A stretch of 64,000 bases of DNA from a virus: IMG/VR virus record IMGVR_UViG_3300031111_000008, positions 28,112 through 92,111 of that record; one strand, given 5' to 3'. Made by a program: the position numbers and the translations under genes. The stretch's first letter is position 1; each line of letters starts with the position of its first letter. Shown here piece after piece: positions 19,366 to 29,612 of the stretch. The notes beneath the pieces were generated by a model, which was not told the DNA's origin, did not search any database, and saw only the letters and a program-made list of their open reading frames with translations.

Positions 19366-20247
19366 ATGCCTAAGATTTGTTACATCGAAAAGAAATTCAC
19401 TACCGCCAGTCGCAGCCTAATAACAAAAGCAAATGAAATCATTCGGGAGTACTCCCTGCAAGGATTTCGGCTGACGCTACGACAACTTTACTACCAATTC
19501 GTAGCCAGGGATTGGATAGAAAACAGCCAGAGAAGTTACAAGCGACTAGGTTCTGTAATTGGAGATGCGAGGAATGCTGGCCTGGTCGATTGGTACGCCA
19601 TCGAGGACAGGACTCGCAATGTGCGTGCTCTGAATCATTGGGATCATCCTAGCGACATTCTTCGGGCTTGTGCCGGACAGTTTCAATTAGATTTGTGGAA
19701 AGGGCAGGCGTACCGTCCAGAAGTTTGGATTGAAAAGGATGCTCTCGTCGGCGTCTTTGAGCCCATTTGCCAAGAATTGGATGTTTCTTTGTTTTCTTGT
19801 CGAGGTTACACCAGCCAGTCTGAAATGTGGACGGCTGCGCAACGAGTCAAGTCCAACCGTACAGAAGATCAGAGATCTGTTATTCTTCATTTTGGAGATT
19901 ACGATCCCAGTGGCATTGACATGTCCCGAGACATTTGTGACAGGCTGGAACTGTATTCTGGTGAGGCGGTCCATTTCGAGCGATTAGCGTTAAACAGAGA
20001 TCAGGTTGATCGATATGGACCTCCTCCAAATCCTGCGAAGGTGACTGACAGCAGGTTTGCGAATTACGTGAGAATTCATGGAGGAGAGAGTTGGGAACTT
20101 GATGCTTTGGAACCGGCTGTTCTTGCAGATTTGGTTCGGGAAAACGTGCTAGACTATCGAGCGGATGGACTTTGGAATGAAGCTGTGGAACGACAACAAG
20201 CAGCAAGAAATCGGTTGCAGGTTCTTGCCGACGAGTGGGAGGATTAA
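19366..20247 (+). CDS. topoisomerase VI A-like/TOPRIM-domain protein
   Basis: TLRQLYYQ, EVWIEKDAL, HFGDYDPSGIDM, WELDAL. Confidence 0.75.
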   Translation: MPKICYIEKKFTTASRSLITKANEIIREYSLQGFRLTLRQLYYQFVARDWIENSQRSYKRLGSVIGDARNAGLVDWYAIEDRTRNVRALNHWDHPSDILRACAGQFQLDLWKGQAYRPEVWIEKDALVGVFEPICQELDVSLFSCRGYTSQSEMWTAAQRVKSNRTEDQRSVILHFGDYDPSGIDMSRDICDRLELYSGEAVHFERLALNRDQVDRYGPPPNPAKVTDSRFANYVRIHGGESWELDALEPAVLADLVRENVLDYRADGLWNEAVERQQAARNRLQVLADEWED

Positions 20248-20249
20248 GG

Positions 20250-20333
20250 ATGAGTAACATTTGGCTTACTGCCGATACCCACTTCGGACATGAAGCAATA
20301 CTGAAACACATGCCTGAAATCCAATGTACTTGA
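20250..20333 (+). pseudogene. N-terminal relic of metallophosphoesterase
   Basis: MSNIWLTADTHFGHEAILKH (DxH motif I) then stop after 27 aa. Confidence 0.7.
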
Positions 20334-20356
20334 GCACTGCAAACGGGGAATAGCAA

Positions 20357-20821
20357 ATGGCTGTTGATGACAAAATCCCTTTCAACACAAAAGTTCCCAT
20401 TGTACTCTGTACTGAAACGTACAAGTTGTCAATTTGGCTGCGGGAAAAGATGGATTTGAGTAAGTACCGCTTCAACAAAAAGGTTGGTTTGACGAACGGC
20501 GCTTTAGATCCTTACGAGAAAAAGGAAAAACCTTTATCAGTTCCAATTTTGCAGAAGATTTCCAAGAGTTGTAAATGCTCTTTTTGGATTAGTGGGAAGT
20601 TGGTAGTGCTGGTCAGTCCTCCCAAAACTCAGAAGTTTTTGCAGAAATATTCAGAATGTTTTATTCTGGCATACAAACACTCCCACTTCCTCTACGAGCA
20701 TCTTACCGAAGTGGCAAATTGCTCAAACATATCCTTCTGGGTTGTGGCGGGACAGGTTGGAGTTTTGGGAGAAAAAGCTACCAGAGAATTTCGAGAGAAG
20801 TACATTGCCAAAAAAACCTAA
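20357..20821 (+). CDS. hypothetical protein (possible HTH)
   Basis: 154 aa ORF with RBS. Confidence 0.45.
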   Translation: MAVDDKIPFNTKVPIVLCTETYKLSIWLREKMDLSKYRFNKKVGLTNGALDPYEKKEKPLSVPILQKISKSCKCSFWISGKLVVLVSPPKTQKFLQKYSECFILAYKHSHFLYEHLTEVANCSNISFWVVAGQVGVLGEKATREFREKYIAKKT

Positions 20822-21617
20822 AGTCGAGATTGTACACGGCGATTGTTTGCGAGAGCTTCTGAAAATTCCTACGGGTTCCGTGGATTTGATTTTTGCAGAT
20901 CCTCCTTACAACATCGGCGTCGACTACGGGAAAGGCTGTTCGGCGGACAATCTACCTCTTCATTTATACCTTCGGTGGTGCGGAAGATGGATGCGACTAT
21001 GCCGTGACGTTCTGAAGCCGTCTGGGACGTTTTGGGTAATGATCAATGATGAACACGCTGACTACTTTGGTATCATGCTTAGAAAGTTTGGATTCCATCG
21101 CAGATCTTGGGTGAAGTGGTATGAGACTTTTGGTGTAAACTGTACGAAGAAATTCAACAGGACGAGCAGACATCTTTTCTACTGCGTTAAGAATCCGAAA
21201 GCATTCACGTTCAACGCCGACGCTATTCGAGTTCCTTCGGCGCGACTAAAGAAATACAAAGACGCAAGAGCTAATCCAAAGGGCAAGCTACCCGACGACG
21301 TGTGGGCAATCCCCCGCGTTGCCGGGACATTCAAGGAACGAGTAAAAGGAGCCAAAAACCAATTGCCTTTGGAGCTGTTGGAGAGGATTGTGGCTTGTTC
21401 TTCAAATCCCGGAGATTTAGTTCTCGATCCTTTTTTGGGGACGGGCACGACTGGAGTAGCAGCAATGGAGTATGGGAGAAAGTTTGTAGGGATCGATAGT
21501 AGTAAAGAGTTTGTCGAAATCGCTAAAGGAAGAATTTTAGAATGGGGACTGGAAACATTTGCGACTAAGGGCGGCTGGTTTCCGTGCGAGGAGATTACCC
21601 CCGGTGGAAGTGCTTGA
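20805..21617 (+). CDS. DNA N4-C/N6-A methyltransferase (beta class)
   Basis: GDCL, FADPPYN before DPFLGTGTT; start position approximate. Confidence 0.9.
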   Translation: MPKKPKVEIVHGDCLRELLKIPTGSVDLIFADPPYNIGVDYGKGCSADNLPLHLYLRWCGRWMRLCRDVLKPSGTFWVMINDEHADYFGIMLRKFGFHRRSWVKWYETFGVNCTKKFNRTSRHLFYCVKNPKAFTFNADAIRVPSARLKKYKDARANPKGKLPDDVWAIPRVAGTFKERVKGAKNQLPLELLERIVACSSNPGDLVLDPFLGTGTTGVAAMEYGRKFVGIDSSKEFVEIAKGRILEWGLETFATKGGWFPCEEITPGGSA

Positions 21618-21706
21618 AGAACTGGCGAACTGGCCGGAAGGCCAAGCGGATATTGCTGGCGTGCTAAACCGTCATCTAGTAATAGAAAAGGAAGGGAGTT
21701 GCCAAG

Positions 21707-22036
21707 ATGAGAAGACCAAGCATCACTAAACCGCAAGCTGACAAAATCTGGAATCTTTGGCAGCAAGGAATTCCCATTAGAAAGATCTCCAGGGATCTGG
21801 ATCTTTGCCGGAGATCGGTTCAAAGGTTTATAAATGAGAGATGTTTTCCAGAAGGAAAGAAGTCCAAAAATAAAGTTGCGAATAAACCACCAACAAAAAA
21901 GGAGAAGCACGTTCTGCCACCAGACAGAAGTGCTGAGGTTGTGTGGTGCAAAGCCTGTAGCGCTTACGTCTACCCTCCTTGCCTCGCTTGTCAAATACGA
22001 TCAATAAAAGAGAGGAACAACCGTGAAAAATTTTGA
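21707..22036 (+). CDS. HTH + Zn-finger protein
   Basis: GIPIRKISRDLDLCRRSVQRF; CKAC..CLAC. Confidence 0.65.
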   Translation: MRRPSITKPQADKIWNLWQQGIPIRKISRDLDLCRRSVQRFINERCFPEGKKSKNKVANKPPTKKEKHVLPPDRSAEVVWCKACSAYVYPPCLACQIRSIKERNNREKF

Positions 22037-22322
22037 ACTGGTAGGAGTAAGGTTCAATTGTTTGACGGGAAAACCCAGTGTCGTGGTGTGTGGGGTTACT
22101 TTGGAGAAGAGCATTCTTTTAGGACCGTGGATCCGAGTTCACGGCGGAGTGACTGGACACGAATCGTTTTGTTTGGGAGGCAAATCCGCAGCGGACCTCA
22201 AAAGTATGACAACCTTTGGTTGGCACGCTTGCGCAGGAACTCCCGGAAGATGGGATGCGCTATTTTTTCACGGGTTACAAATGGCAAAACTTTTCAAGGA
22301 TATGGGGATAGATGATGATTGA
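22023..22322 (+). CDS. hypothetical protein
   Basis: GAGG RBS, overlaps neighbours. Confidence 0.4.
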   Translation: MKNFELVGVRFNCLTGKPSVVVCGVTLEKSILLGPWIRVHGGVTGHESFCLGGKSAADLKSMTTFGWHACAGTPGRWDALFFHGLQMAKLFKDMGIDDD

Positions 22323-22899
22323 GAAATCTCATTGTTATGGAGATGAACATTGGATACAAACTTTCACGGGCAGAAAGTTCTGGCCATTGGATCCAAAACC
22401 TGAAGATGTTTTTATCGAAGACATTGCACATTCCCTCTCGTTGACTTGCAGGTTTGGTGGGCACGTTAAGGAATTCTATTCCGTTGCCCAGCATTCCGTT
22501 CTCGTTTCCGAGTGCTGCATGTCCCAGAAAAAGTGGGGGTTGCTGCACGACGCGGCGGAAGCGTACCTAGCAGATATTTGTAAACCAATCAAACCCTACA
22601 TGAACGGCTTTGCGGATTTTGAGGAAGATGTGCTAATAGCTGTTTCGGAAAGGTTTGGGTTGACATATCCCATTCCCACTTCCGTCCATCTTCGGGATTT
22701 GCAAATGTTAGCCACGGAGCAAGCCCATCTGATGGATGCCGGATTGGATTGGGTAGGTTTGGGTTCGGTATGTCCTATTGAGAATTTGAATATCGAACCT
22801 TGGCATTCTAGTTCTGCTGAGATGAGTTTTCTGTCTGCGTTCGAGCGTTTGTTTGGGCGCGCGGAAGATGTTGAAAACTGTTTAAGTGACGTTCTTTAA
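22312..22899 (+). CDS. HD-domain (YfbR-like) phosphohydrolase
   Basis: DIAHSLS..CRFGGH..YSVAQHS..LLHDAAEAYLAD. Confidence 0.88.
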   Translation: MMIEKSHCYGDEHWIQTFTGRKFWPLDPKPEDVFIEDIAHSLSLTCRFGGHVKEFYSVAQHSVLVSECCMSQKKWGLLHDAAEAYLADICKPIKPYMNGFADFEEDVLIAVSERFGLTYPIPTSVHLRDLQMLATEQAHLMDAGLDWVGLGSVCPIENLNIEPWHSSSAEMSFLSAFERLFGRAEDVENCLSDVL

Positions 22900-23128
22900 G
22901 GAGATAGGCGTGAAAGTCTCAACTCTTTTTTGGTTTTTTCTGGGCGGTATTTTTTTCTTGGCGGCTACGGCGATTCCGTTATTTGCTCAATATATGTATG
23001 TTTGTGGACCCGAATGGCTGCGGCATGGGGAGCCTGTTGGACTTGCTATTTCCAGCTTGTTGGGATTCGCACTGACTGTGGTGTGTGGAGGAATTTGCAT
23101 TTCTTTGGGTGATAAGTCGATAAAATGA
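22886..23128 (+). CDS. small membrane protein
   Basis: two hydrophobic segments. Confidence 0.5.
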   Translation: MTFFKEIGVKVSTLFWFFLGGIFFLAATAIPLFAQYMYVCGPEWLRHGEPVGLAISSLLGFALTVVCGGICISLGDKSIK

Positions 23129-23197
23129 TGGTTATCCGAGTGTGCAGAAGTTTGAAGCTAGCATTTTGATTCTAAAGATGGTAAGATGAACCATACG

Positions 23198-23271
23198 CCC
23201 CCGGCGCGGAAAACTCTTGGCTGTTCTTTCAGCCGCTAGCTTTGTCCAACCGCGCCGGGGGTTTTCTTTTT
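23198..23271 (+). promoter_or_regulatory. 12-bp stem structured element followed by T-run
   Basis: CCCCCGGCGCGG 23198-209 pairs with CCGCGCCGGGGG 23250-261; inner GGCTG/CAGCC hairpin. Confidence 0.6.
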
Positions 23272-23282
23272 GGGATGAAGCT

Positions 23283-23528
23283 ATGATGACCCGAGTAGAA
23301 TGTTTGAAAAGAGAGTTAGCAGCGTTACAGGAGCTTGGGATAGAGACTCCCGAGGAGGAGAAGGAATTCCGCAAGCTGATGGACGAACACAACCAGCTAA
23401 CGGGACGGCGGGATGTGCGGCAGAATATGATCAGGCAGAAACATTCAGAATCGCCTAGCGCAAGTGGGAGGTATCGCTACGAACATTTGAAGGATAAAGG
23501 AATGCATAAAACTTTTGGCGATCATTGA
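23283..23528 (+). CDS. hypothetical protein
   Basis: ORF after structured element. Confidence 0.4.
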   Translation: MMTRVECLKRELAALQELGIETPEEEKEFRKLMDEHNQLTGRRDVRQNMIRQKHSESPSASGRYRYEHLKDKGMHKTFGDH

Positions 23529-23552
23529 TCTCGTAGAGTGGGAGAGTTGATT

Positions 23553-23990
23553 ATGTCTCGTGAAAGCAACCATCTACAACGATACATTGCGGAGAGTTTG
23601 GCCGAACGGGAAGCTTGCCGAAAGTGGATTCGAGAAGCGGAAGCACGTTCGCCGTGGATCACCGTGACCGAACGTGATTGGGAACAGTTTGGTCACATGC
23701 CGGTAGGAGAATGGTTGATGGATAACCCGACCGACGACGAAGATCCTCGTGATGACTGGGAGGATTCTTGGGACGAGGAAATCTACGACTATTGTTCCCA
23801 CTGCGGAAGGATGTTCGACATCATTGGAGGATGCTCTTGTAACAACGAAGAGTTTGAAGAAGCATGTCTTCTTGACGATTGGTATGAAGAAACCATCGAA
23901 GAGTATGGAGACAGGAGGTATCCAATGGCACATGTACGGGCGGCTAGGGAATACTTAGAAAGAAAAGGAGATTACAAATGTATCCCATAG
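23553..23990 (+). CDS. hypothetical acidic protein
   Basis: GGAG RBS; CSHC. Confidence 0.45.
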   Translation: MSRESNHLQRYIAESLAEREACRKWIREAEARSPWITVTERDWEQFGHMPVGEWLMDNPTDDEDPRDDWEDSWDEEIYDYCSHCGRMFDIIGGCSCNNEEFEEACLLDDWYEETIEEYGDRRYPMAHVRAAREYLERKGDYKCIP

Positions 23991-24223
23991 AATTTCCAGA
24001 ACAGAATTGTGTGTATGCGGAGAACCAGAATAAGTATTTTAGTCTTCCTTCCCACGAGACAGAGGAAGGCGAAGTGATCTCGTGCTGGAAATTTTCATGG
24101 AAGGAACGCTTGCGGGTGTTGTTTAGTGGAAAACTGTGGCTGCATCAGCTTTCCTTCGGCTCGCCGTTGCAGCCGCAGCTGCCGGAAGTCGTTAGCCCGT
24201 TTGAGAAGGGAGAACCAAAATGA
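23978..24223 (+). CDS. conserved phage hypothetical protein
   Basis: MYPIEFPEQN..SCWKFSWKERLRVLFSGKLWL..QP pattern. Confidence 0.55.
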   Translation: MYPIEFPEQNCVYAENQNKYFSLPSHETEEGEVISCWKFSWKERLRVLFSGKLWLHQLSFGSPLQPQLPEVVSPFEKGEPK

Positions 24224-24439
24224 CCGTTAGAAAACTGGCTTCAGTATTTGGGGTTTTGTTTGGACTCTGGGTGTCGAGCATCGGAATCGGCTACGTGCTA
24301 GCCTCATTCACATTCTGGATGTGGCCAGAGTTGCTCTATCCAGCAGCCATGATGTGCATGAAGTATTGGTGTTGACAACGAGCAGCGGGATAGAGTTGGA
24401 CGAGGAGTATTTCCAGATAGCCAAAGAGAGGTTGGAGAA

Positions 24440-24850
24440 ATGTTCAGAACAAAATGCTTGATCGTCTTGCTGCTCGTCTCGTTTATCGGGTGTGGGGATA
24501 GCAAGCAGACCATCATCACCGTCTACGAATCCGAGATGCAAGAATTGACAAGACTGTGTTTGCATCAGTCTGCTATCGAGATCGAGGCGGATGATGAGAT
24601 CCGTCAGATTGCCCGAGAGGTGGATGAGATCAACGATCAGTTTAGAGTTTTTAGTATTAACATGTCCAAAGGTGAGTTTGCTTCATTCAAAGAGAGAGCC
24701 TTTCCCGAGCGGGAGAAGCTGCAGGCTGAAATGTACACACTCGAAATCCGTAAGCGGGCGCAGATGAAGAAGTCCCAAGCCGCCATCGACAAGCAGGCGG
24801 AACGGGTGGCTGTGGCCAAGGCAAAGAGGGATAAGGTTTTGGGATATTGA
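24440..24850 (+). CDS. putative lipoprotein
   Basis: signal peptide with lipobox-like FIGC, coiled coil. Confidence 0.55.
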   Translation: MFRTKCLIVLLLVSFIGCGDSKQTIITVYESEMQELTRLCLHQSAIEIEADDEIRQIAREVDEINDQFRVFSINMSKGEFASFKERAFPEREKLQAEMYTLEIRKRAQMKKSQAAIDKQAERVAVAKAKRDKVLGY

Positions 24851-24918
24851 TCTTGACAGGGTGCTGGCATAGAAGTAGGGTGGCGGGCGGAACCAAGGAG
24901 TGATCGATGAAAAATATT

Positions 24919-24990
24919 CCCCCAACCCAGCAAAGTCTCAGTCTCTCTGGCTGGCTCCTTTGGTTCCACTGGGTTGGGGGTTTTTCTATT
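24919..24990 (+). promoter_or_regulatory. 12-bp stem structured element followed by T-run
   Basis: CCCCCAACCCAG 24919-930 pairs with CTGGGTTGGGGG 24969-980. Confidence 0.6.
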
Positions 24991-25003
24991 TGTGGGGTGA
25001 GAG

Positions 25004-25606
25004 ATGATTGCAAAGAAACCATCTTCCAAATCATCATTTTCGTGCTGGATCATTCCGAAAAAGGTAATTGTTGCATATCAGAAGGAGAAGTTGATATACA
25101 AAGACGTTTTGGTTTACGCTGCTTTTGAAAATCGTGTAGACGAAGAAATTCCGATGTGGGATTTAGCAGTAGCCATAACGAATGACGTGCGGCTAGATTT
25201 CAATGATGTTTGTTTATCCATAGAAGATTTGTGCGACCAAGGTTTTATAGATGACTTGTATTTCAACAATCTGGTTGACAGTTTTGGAAATGAGCCTCTT
25301 CTTAATCCTGATTTTAGGCAGCTCATTGTGGCAAGAAACATCCGAGAGATGGAAGAGAAAGAACGGCTTCATCCTAGTCCTGTCCCACCGCCGAGAAAAT
25401 CTCTTTCTCCAGGAGAACGAACAGTAGTTTTTGAAAGGGATAAATATCGTTGTGTGAGGTGTGGTACTTGGAAAGATCTCGCAGTGGATCATGTTGTCCC
25501 AAGAATCAAAGGCGGCACAAACGATCTAGATAATTTGCAAACCCTGTGCAAATCTTGCAATTCAAAAAAGGGTACGAAGACAAAACTTTATCGGAAAGGT
25601 TCCTAA
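25004..25606 (+). CDS. HNH endonuclease
   Basis: RDKYRCVRC..VDHVVP..GGTNDLDNLQTLCKSCNSKK. Confidence 0.88.
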   Translation: MIAKKPSSKSSFSCWIIPKKVIVAYQKEKLIYKDVLVYAAFENRVDEEIPMWDLAVAITNDVRLDFNDVCLSIEDLCDQGFIDDLYFNNLVDSFGNEPLLNPDFRQLIVARNIREMEEKERLHPSPVPPPRKSLSPGERTVVFERDKYRCVRCGTWKDLAVDHVVPRIKGGTNDLDNLQTLCKSCNSKKGTKTKLYRKGS

Positions 25607-25607
25607 A

Positions 25608-26729
25608 ATGTCCGAAGAAAATGGGAATGGAACCGAGGGGGTTTTTCAAGGTTTCGAGAAACCAAAAAGCAACTATTCAAAACTTCCACACGATTGGTTT
25701 CCGTACATCGCAAAAATGCAGCTTTCTGAATTGAAAGTAATGCTGTACATCCTTCGGCATACTTGGGGATTCAGCGAGTATGGAAAACCAAAACGGATTT
25801 CCTTGGATGAATTTGCCAACGGAAGATGGAAGAAAGACAGCACCAGAATGGATTGTGGTACTGGAATGTCGAAGTCGTCGGTGCGGGAAGGACTCCAAAA
25901 AGCAGTGGAGCACGGGTTCCTAGTCGTGGTGAAAAAGAGAGGTAAGAACAATTCTCCAGAGCATTCTTACTGTCTAAATGTGCTGGGAACAAACCCCCCA
26001 TCCACTGTAGTAGAATTCGGCACAGGTGTACTGAATTCCGATACACCGAAAACTGAATTCCGATACACCTCAGTACTAGAAAGAAACTTAGGAAAGAAAC
26101 TTGGCAGAAAGTCGGACCCTGAAGGAACCGACAGCATGTGTGTTTCTGGCGATTCTCCCAACAAGTCTTCTGGAAATTTTAGAGAAGGTAAATTTTCTGG
26201 TAATTCTAATAATGGATCTTCTGGAAAAGGAAATAAGAAGGTTCCTACTTCTTGGGATTTGAAAGTAGCTAAGAAACTTCATAGTATTGTTTCTTCTCAT
26301 ATCAAAGTAAATGCAAAATCAAATATTCGGGAATGGGCAAACCACATCCGAATTTTGCGTGAGCATTACGAGGTAGACAAAGAAGACATCATCACAGCAT
26401 TGAAATGGTATTCTAGAAATATTGGAAAAGAGTATGTTGTTGAAGCGTTTTCTGGAAAAGCGTTCAAAGAGAAGTTTGTGAACGGACAATTCAAACGAGC
26501 CTTCAACGAGGATGGTGGAGATGTCGAAGAACATCACAACCCCGAAATCGAAATTCAAGATCCGAAAACGGGAAAATGGCACAAGCGAGAAAAGCTCGAT
26601 AAGTACAGAAGTGAATTTTTGAGAACTCATGGTCCCAGAATGATGAACCAAAAAGAGCTAAACGAGATTTTGGAAAAACACGGAATGGAACCAGACAGCA
26701 TTTCCTACAAAGCTGTGAATCAGGCGTAA
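25608..26729 (+). CDS. replication initiator-like wHTH protein
   Basis: ELKVMLYILRHTWGF, GMSKSSVREGL; directly upstream of helicase. Confidence 0.65.
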   Translation: MSEENGNGTEGVFQGFEKPKSNYSKLPHDWFPYIAKMQLSELKVMLYILRHTWGFSEYGKPKRISLDEFANGRWKKDSTRMDCGTGMSKSSVREGLQKAVEHGFLVVVKKRGKNNSPEHSYCLNVLGTNPPSTVVEFGTGVLNSDTPKTEFRYTSVLERNLGKKLGRKSDPEGTDSMCVSGDSPNKSSGNFREGKFSGNSNNGSSGKGNKKVPTSWDLKVAKKLHSIVSSHIKVNAKSNIREWANHIRILREHYEVDKEDIITALKWYSRNIGKEYVVEAFSGKAFKEKFVNGQFKRAFNEDGGDVEEHHNPEIEIQDPKTGKWHKREKLDKYRSEFLRTHGPRMMNQKELNEILEKHGMEPDSISYKAVNQA

Positions 26730-26747
26730 TCATGGAAATACCAAAAC

Positions 26748-28118
26748 ATGAAAATCAAAAAGTTCAATCTTCAAAAAGCAAACTATGTGCTTGCTGGAAT
26801 GATTTTGGATCCCACGGTTTGCGCCAGGATTTCTTCAAAATGGAAAATCGAAGGTTTGTTCGGTGGCAGATGGCAAAATATCGTAGCCGGATGGGCAGTC
26901 AAGCATTTCAAGGAATATGGGGAAGTTCTTGGCCAGGAAAGTGTGGAAGTCAGATTCTCCGAATGGGCTGCGAAGTCGAAAAGCGAAGCCGCAATAAATT
27001 CGATGGAGGAATTTTTCTACCAGTTCGACCAGAACTACGTCGAAAAAGTCCAGGGGATGTCGTCAGAGTACCTCTTGGATTTGGCCGGTCAGATCTTCGA
27101 GCGAGTCCGAATTAGGAACACAATTGAGCAAACTCAGTTCGATCTCGATGAGGATAACGTCGAGAAGGCGTCCAGGAGGCTCGCTGAGAGCCTCAAAGTG
27201 GAATTAGGTGCTGGGAGTCTCTTCAAGCCTGCAAGCGACTACGAGCGATGGCAGGCGGCTTTTGACGCAGATCAGTCAGAACCGTTAATTACGTATCCTG
27301 GGGCAATTGGGAAACATTTCGGGAGCGACTTCTCCCGTGATTCGTTCGTCTCGTTCATCGGCATCACGGGAATCGGGAAATCTTTCTTCCTCCTGGATGC
27401 CGCCTATAGGGCAGTGAGACAGCTAAGAAGGGTGGCTTTCTTCGAGTGCGGGGACATGTCCGAAAGCCAGCTGACGCGGCGGATGGGGCAGCGGGCATTG
27501 CGCCGTCCGAAGAAAAGTTGCGAAGTCAAACGTCCGCTTGGGTGGGACGGCGATGGTATTCTCGAAACTGAGGAAATGAGGTTGGAAGGAATTTCTCCTC
27601 AAGAGTCGTATCGTGAGTGGCGAAAGATTTCGAGGAAGAGGGATCTGTTGAGAGTTTCTTGCCATTCAAACATCTCAATAAATGCGGAAGGGATTAGTTC
27701 GATTGTCGAGGATTGGGCGAGGGAAGGTTGGTTGCCAGACTGCGTGATTTGCGACTACGCCGACATCCTTGCTCCTCCTCCAGGAATTCGAGAATATAGA
27801 GATCAGATAAACGCGACGTGGCAGAGGTTGAGGAGGCTGAGCCAGGATTTTCACTGTTTGGTTCTGACGGCTACGCAGGCCGACGCGGAGAGTTATGAGA
27901 AGGGGTTGTTGACATTGCGAAGTTTTACCAACGACAGAAGGAAGAACGATCACGTCACGGCGATGATAGGTTTGAATTCCAACGTCGAGGAAAAGGAGGA
28001 AGGAACTTATCGGATCAACTTCATCAAGCGGCGTGAGGACGAGTTTAGCGTAAAGCGGGTTTGCAAAGTGGCGGGATCGTTGGCGATGGGTTGTCCGATT
28101 TTGGTTTCGAGTTTTTGA
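26748..28118 (+). CDS. DnaB-like replicative helicase
   Basis: GITGIGKS Walker A, DYAD, ATQA. Confidence 0.8.
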   Translation: MKIKKFNLQKANYVLAGMILDPTVCARISSKWKIEGLFGGRWQNIVAGWAVKHFKEYGEVLGQESVEVRFSEWAAKSKSEAAINSMEEFFYQFDQNYVEKVQGMSSEYLLDLAGQIFERVRIRNTIEQTQFDLDEDNVEKASRRLAESLKVELGAGSLFKPASDYERWQAAFDADQSEPLITYPGAIGKHFGSDFSRDSFVSFIGITGIGKSFFLLDAAYRAVRQLRRVAFFECGDMSESQLTRRMGQRALRRPKKSCEVKRPLGWDGDGILETEEMRLEGISPQESYREWRKISRKRDLLRVSCHSNISINAEGISSIVEDWAREGWLPDCVICDYADILAPPPGIREYRDQINATWQRLRRLSQDFHCLVLTATQADAESYEKGLLTLRSFTNDRRKNDHVTAMIGLNSNVEEKEEGTYRINFIKRREDEFSVKRVCKVAGSLAMGCPILVSSF

Positions 28119-28306
28119 AGGAGAAAATGATGGGTCAGGAGTGGGAGATAAGCAATGTAAAAAAGGATGAGGATGGTTTGTATTTTGTTTTCAATTCAGC
28201 TAGAGGGAGATTTGTGGAGTGCATGGTGGAGTATGATGAAGAAATGGACGAGTTGATTGTGCGGGGAAATGATCACATCGTTGGAAAAATTTAGAGAGGA
28301 GGATTT

Positions 28307-28642
28307 GTGAATCTAAAAGAATTGAGCGACTACCAGAAGGAAGTGATCGTAGTAGTGGCGGCTTTTCAGGAATTGTTGGATATGGGAATCGTGGCTGGAT
28401 GTTGTGCAGCATATCCCAAAGGGATGGCGTTGAGCGATCAGATTCGAGCGTCTGGATTTGAAGTTCCGGATGAAAACATCCCGGATATTCTCTACACGTT
28501 TTTTGGAGAAAGTCATGGGGGTTTTAGTCCCAAGGATTTCAACCATGTTTGTTTATTTACAAGATTAGTGATGAATGGAAAGCTGGATCGGGAGAAAGTG
28601 GAAGGTTTCAAAAAGGAATTTGGAAACGACTTTTTGCGTTGA
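28307..28642 (+). CDS. hypothetical protein
   Basis: GGAGG RBS, GTG start. Confidence 0.45.
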   Translation: MNLKELSDYQKEVIVVVAAFQELLDMGIVAGCCAAYPKGMALSDQIRASGFEVPDENIPDILYTFFGESHGGFSPKDFNHVCLFTRLVMNGKLDREKVEGFKKEFGNDFLR

Positions 28643-28667
28643 CGCGGCAAAGAATTTGTGGTAAGAT
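28639..28667 (+). promoter_or_regulatory. sigma70-like promoter
   Basis: TTGACG-17-TAAGAT followed by AGTTGGT, same flanks as minus-strand promoters. Confidence 0.65.
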
Positions 28668-28730
28668 AGTTGGTGTGGATGAAAGCTGGAAATGAGTTTG
28701 TTACTCTGACATAACCAAGGGAGATCTGAA

Positions 28731-29606
28731 ATGGGTGTAGAGGTTTTGCTGGACGATGCTGTCGACATTTTGAAAGTCATGGGGAACGAGCAGGCGGGTA
28801 GGTGGAAGAAGGAGAGGGTTTGCAAGGAGTTTGACAAGCAGGTTTTGTTTGAGGAGTGGGACGACGAGCTGTTCAAGATGTATAAGTTCAACCGCCGACT
28901 CAAGCGGTTGCTCGTCAAGATTGCGGGGTTGGACGATGCTGATGAAGTTGAGATTATTGACAACACTGAGGATGCCGAGGACGACGTTAGTGAGCAGGAA
29001 GAGTTTGAGGATGGAACCGATGCGGAAGAGGAGGATGACGACGATTCCCTCGAAGACGATGATGAGGAGGATGACGATGAGAGCGAGGTCGGGTCGGACG
29101 TTGTGGATGATGGCGCTGAGGATGCTGATATCGATGGTGACAAAGATGATGAAGGGGAAGTAGAGGGAGCTACAGAAGGAGTCACCATTGGGGAGCATGT
29201 GATTTCGGTGGGCGATTGGGTGGAAGTGAACGATCCCGCCTATCCGGTGCCGTACAAGGGGCAGCTGAAGGAAATTCAGAATGAGAAGTACGGCCTCGTC
29301 GTTACGGTGCATGACAAGGAGTGGGAGCAGGCGTTCGAGCACATGACTCCTTGTGCTGCTCCCAAGCGAGCCAAGAGCAAGCCGAAGCTCAATCGGCAGC
29401 AGTGCGTGATGAAGGTTTTGAAGGGACTGAAGAAACCTACGCCGATGGGTACGGTGCTGAAACTTTCTGACGAGGCTTTCGTCGATCAGGGAGGAAAGCG
29501 CAAGGGGAATGCGGATCAGGTGAAGAAGTACCTCGATACGATTTTGGAGGTTCTTGTTTACTTTGGGAAGGCAAAGGTTGAAGGGAAGATGGTTTCCGTG
29601 AAGTGA
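28731..29606 (+). CDS. hypothetical protein with long acidic tract
   Basis: 291 aa, D/E-rich centre, basic C-terminus. Confidence 0.6.
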   Translation: MGVEVLLDDAVDILKVMGNEQAGRWKKERVCKEFDKQVLFEEWDDELFKMYKFNRRLKRLLVKIAGLDDADEVEIIDNTEDAEDDVSEQEEFEDGTDAEEEDDDDSLEDDDEEDDDESEVGSDVVDDGAEDADIDGDKDDEGEVEGATEGVTIGEHVISVGDWVEVNDPAYPVPYKGQLKEIQNEKYGLVVTVHDKEWEQAFEHMTPCAAPKRAKSKPKLNRQQCVMKVLKGLKKPTPMGTVLKLSDEAFVDQGGKRKGNADQVKKYLDTILEVLVYFGKAKVEGKMVSVK

Positions 29607-29612
29607 TTGGTG

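Noticed and set aside
21540-21700. GC-rich stretch after the DNA methyltransferase as a possible ncRNA or tmRNA
   Set aside because: No tRNA-like ends or convincing fold could be established by eye.
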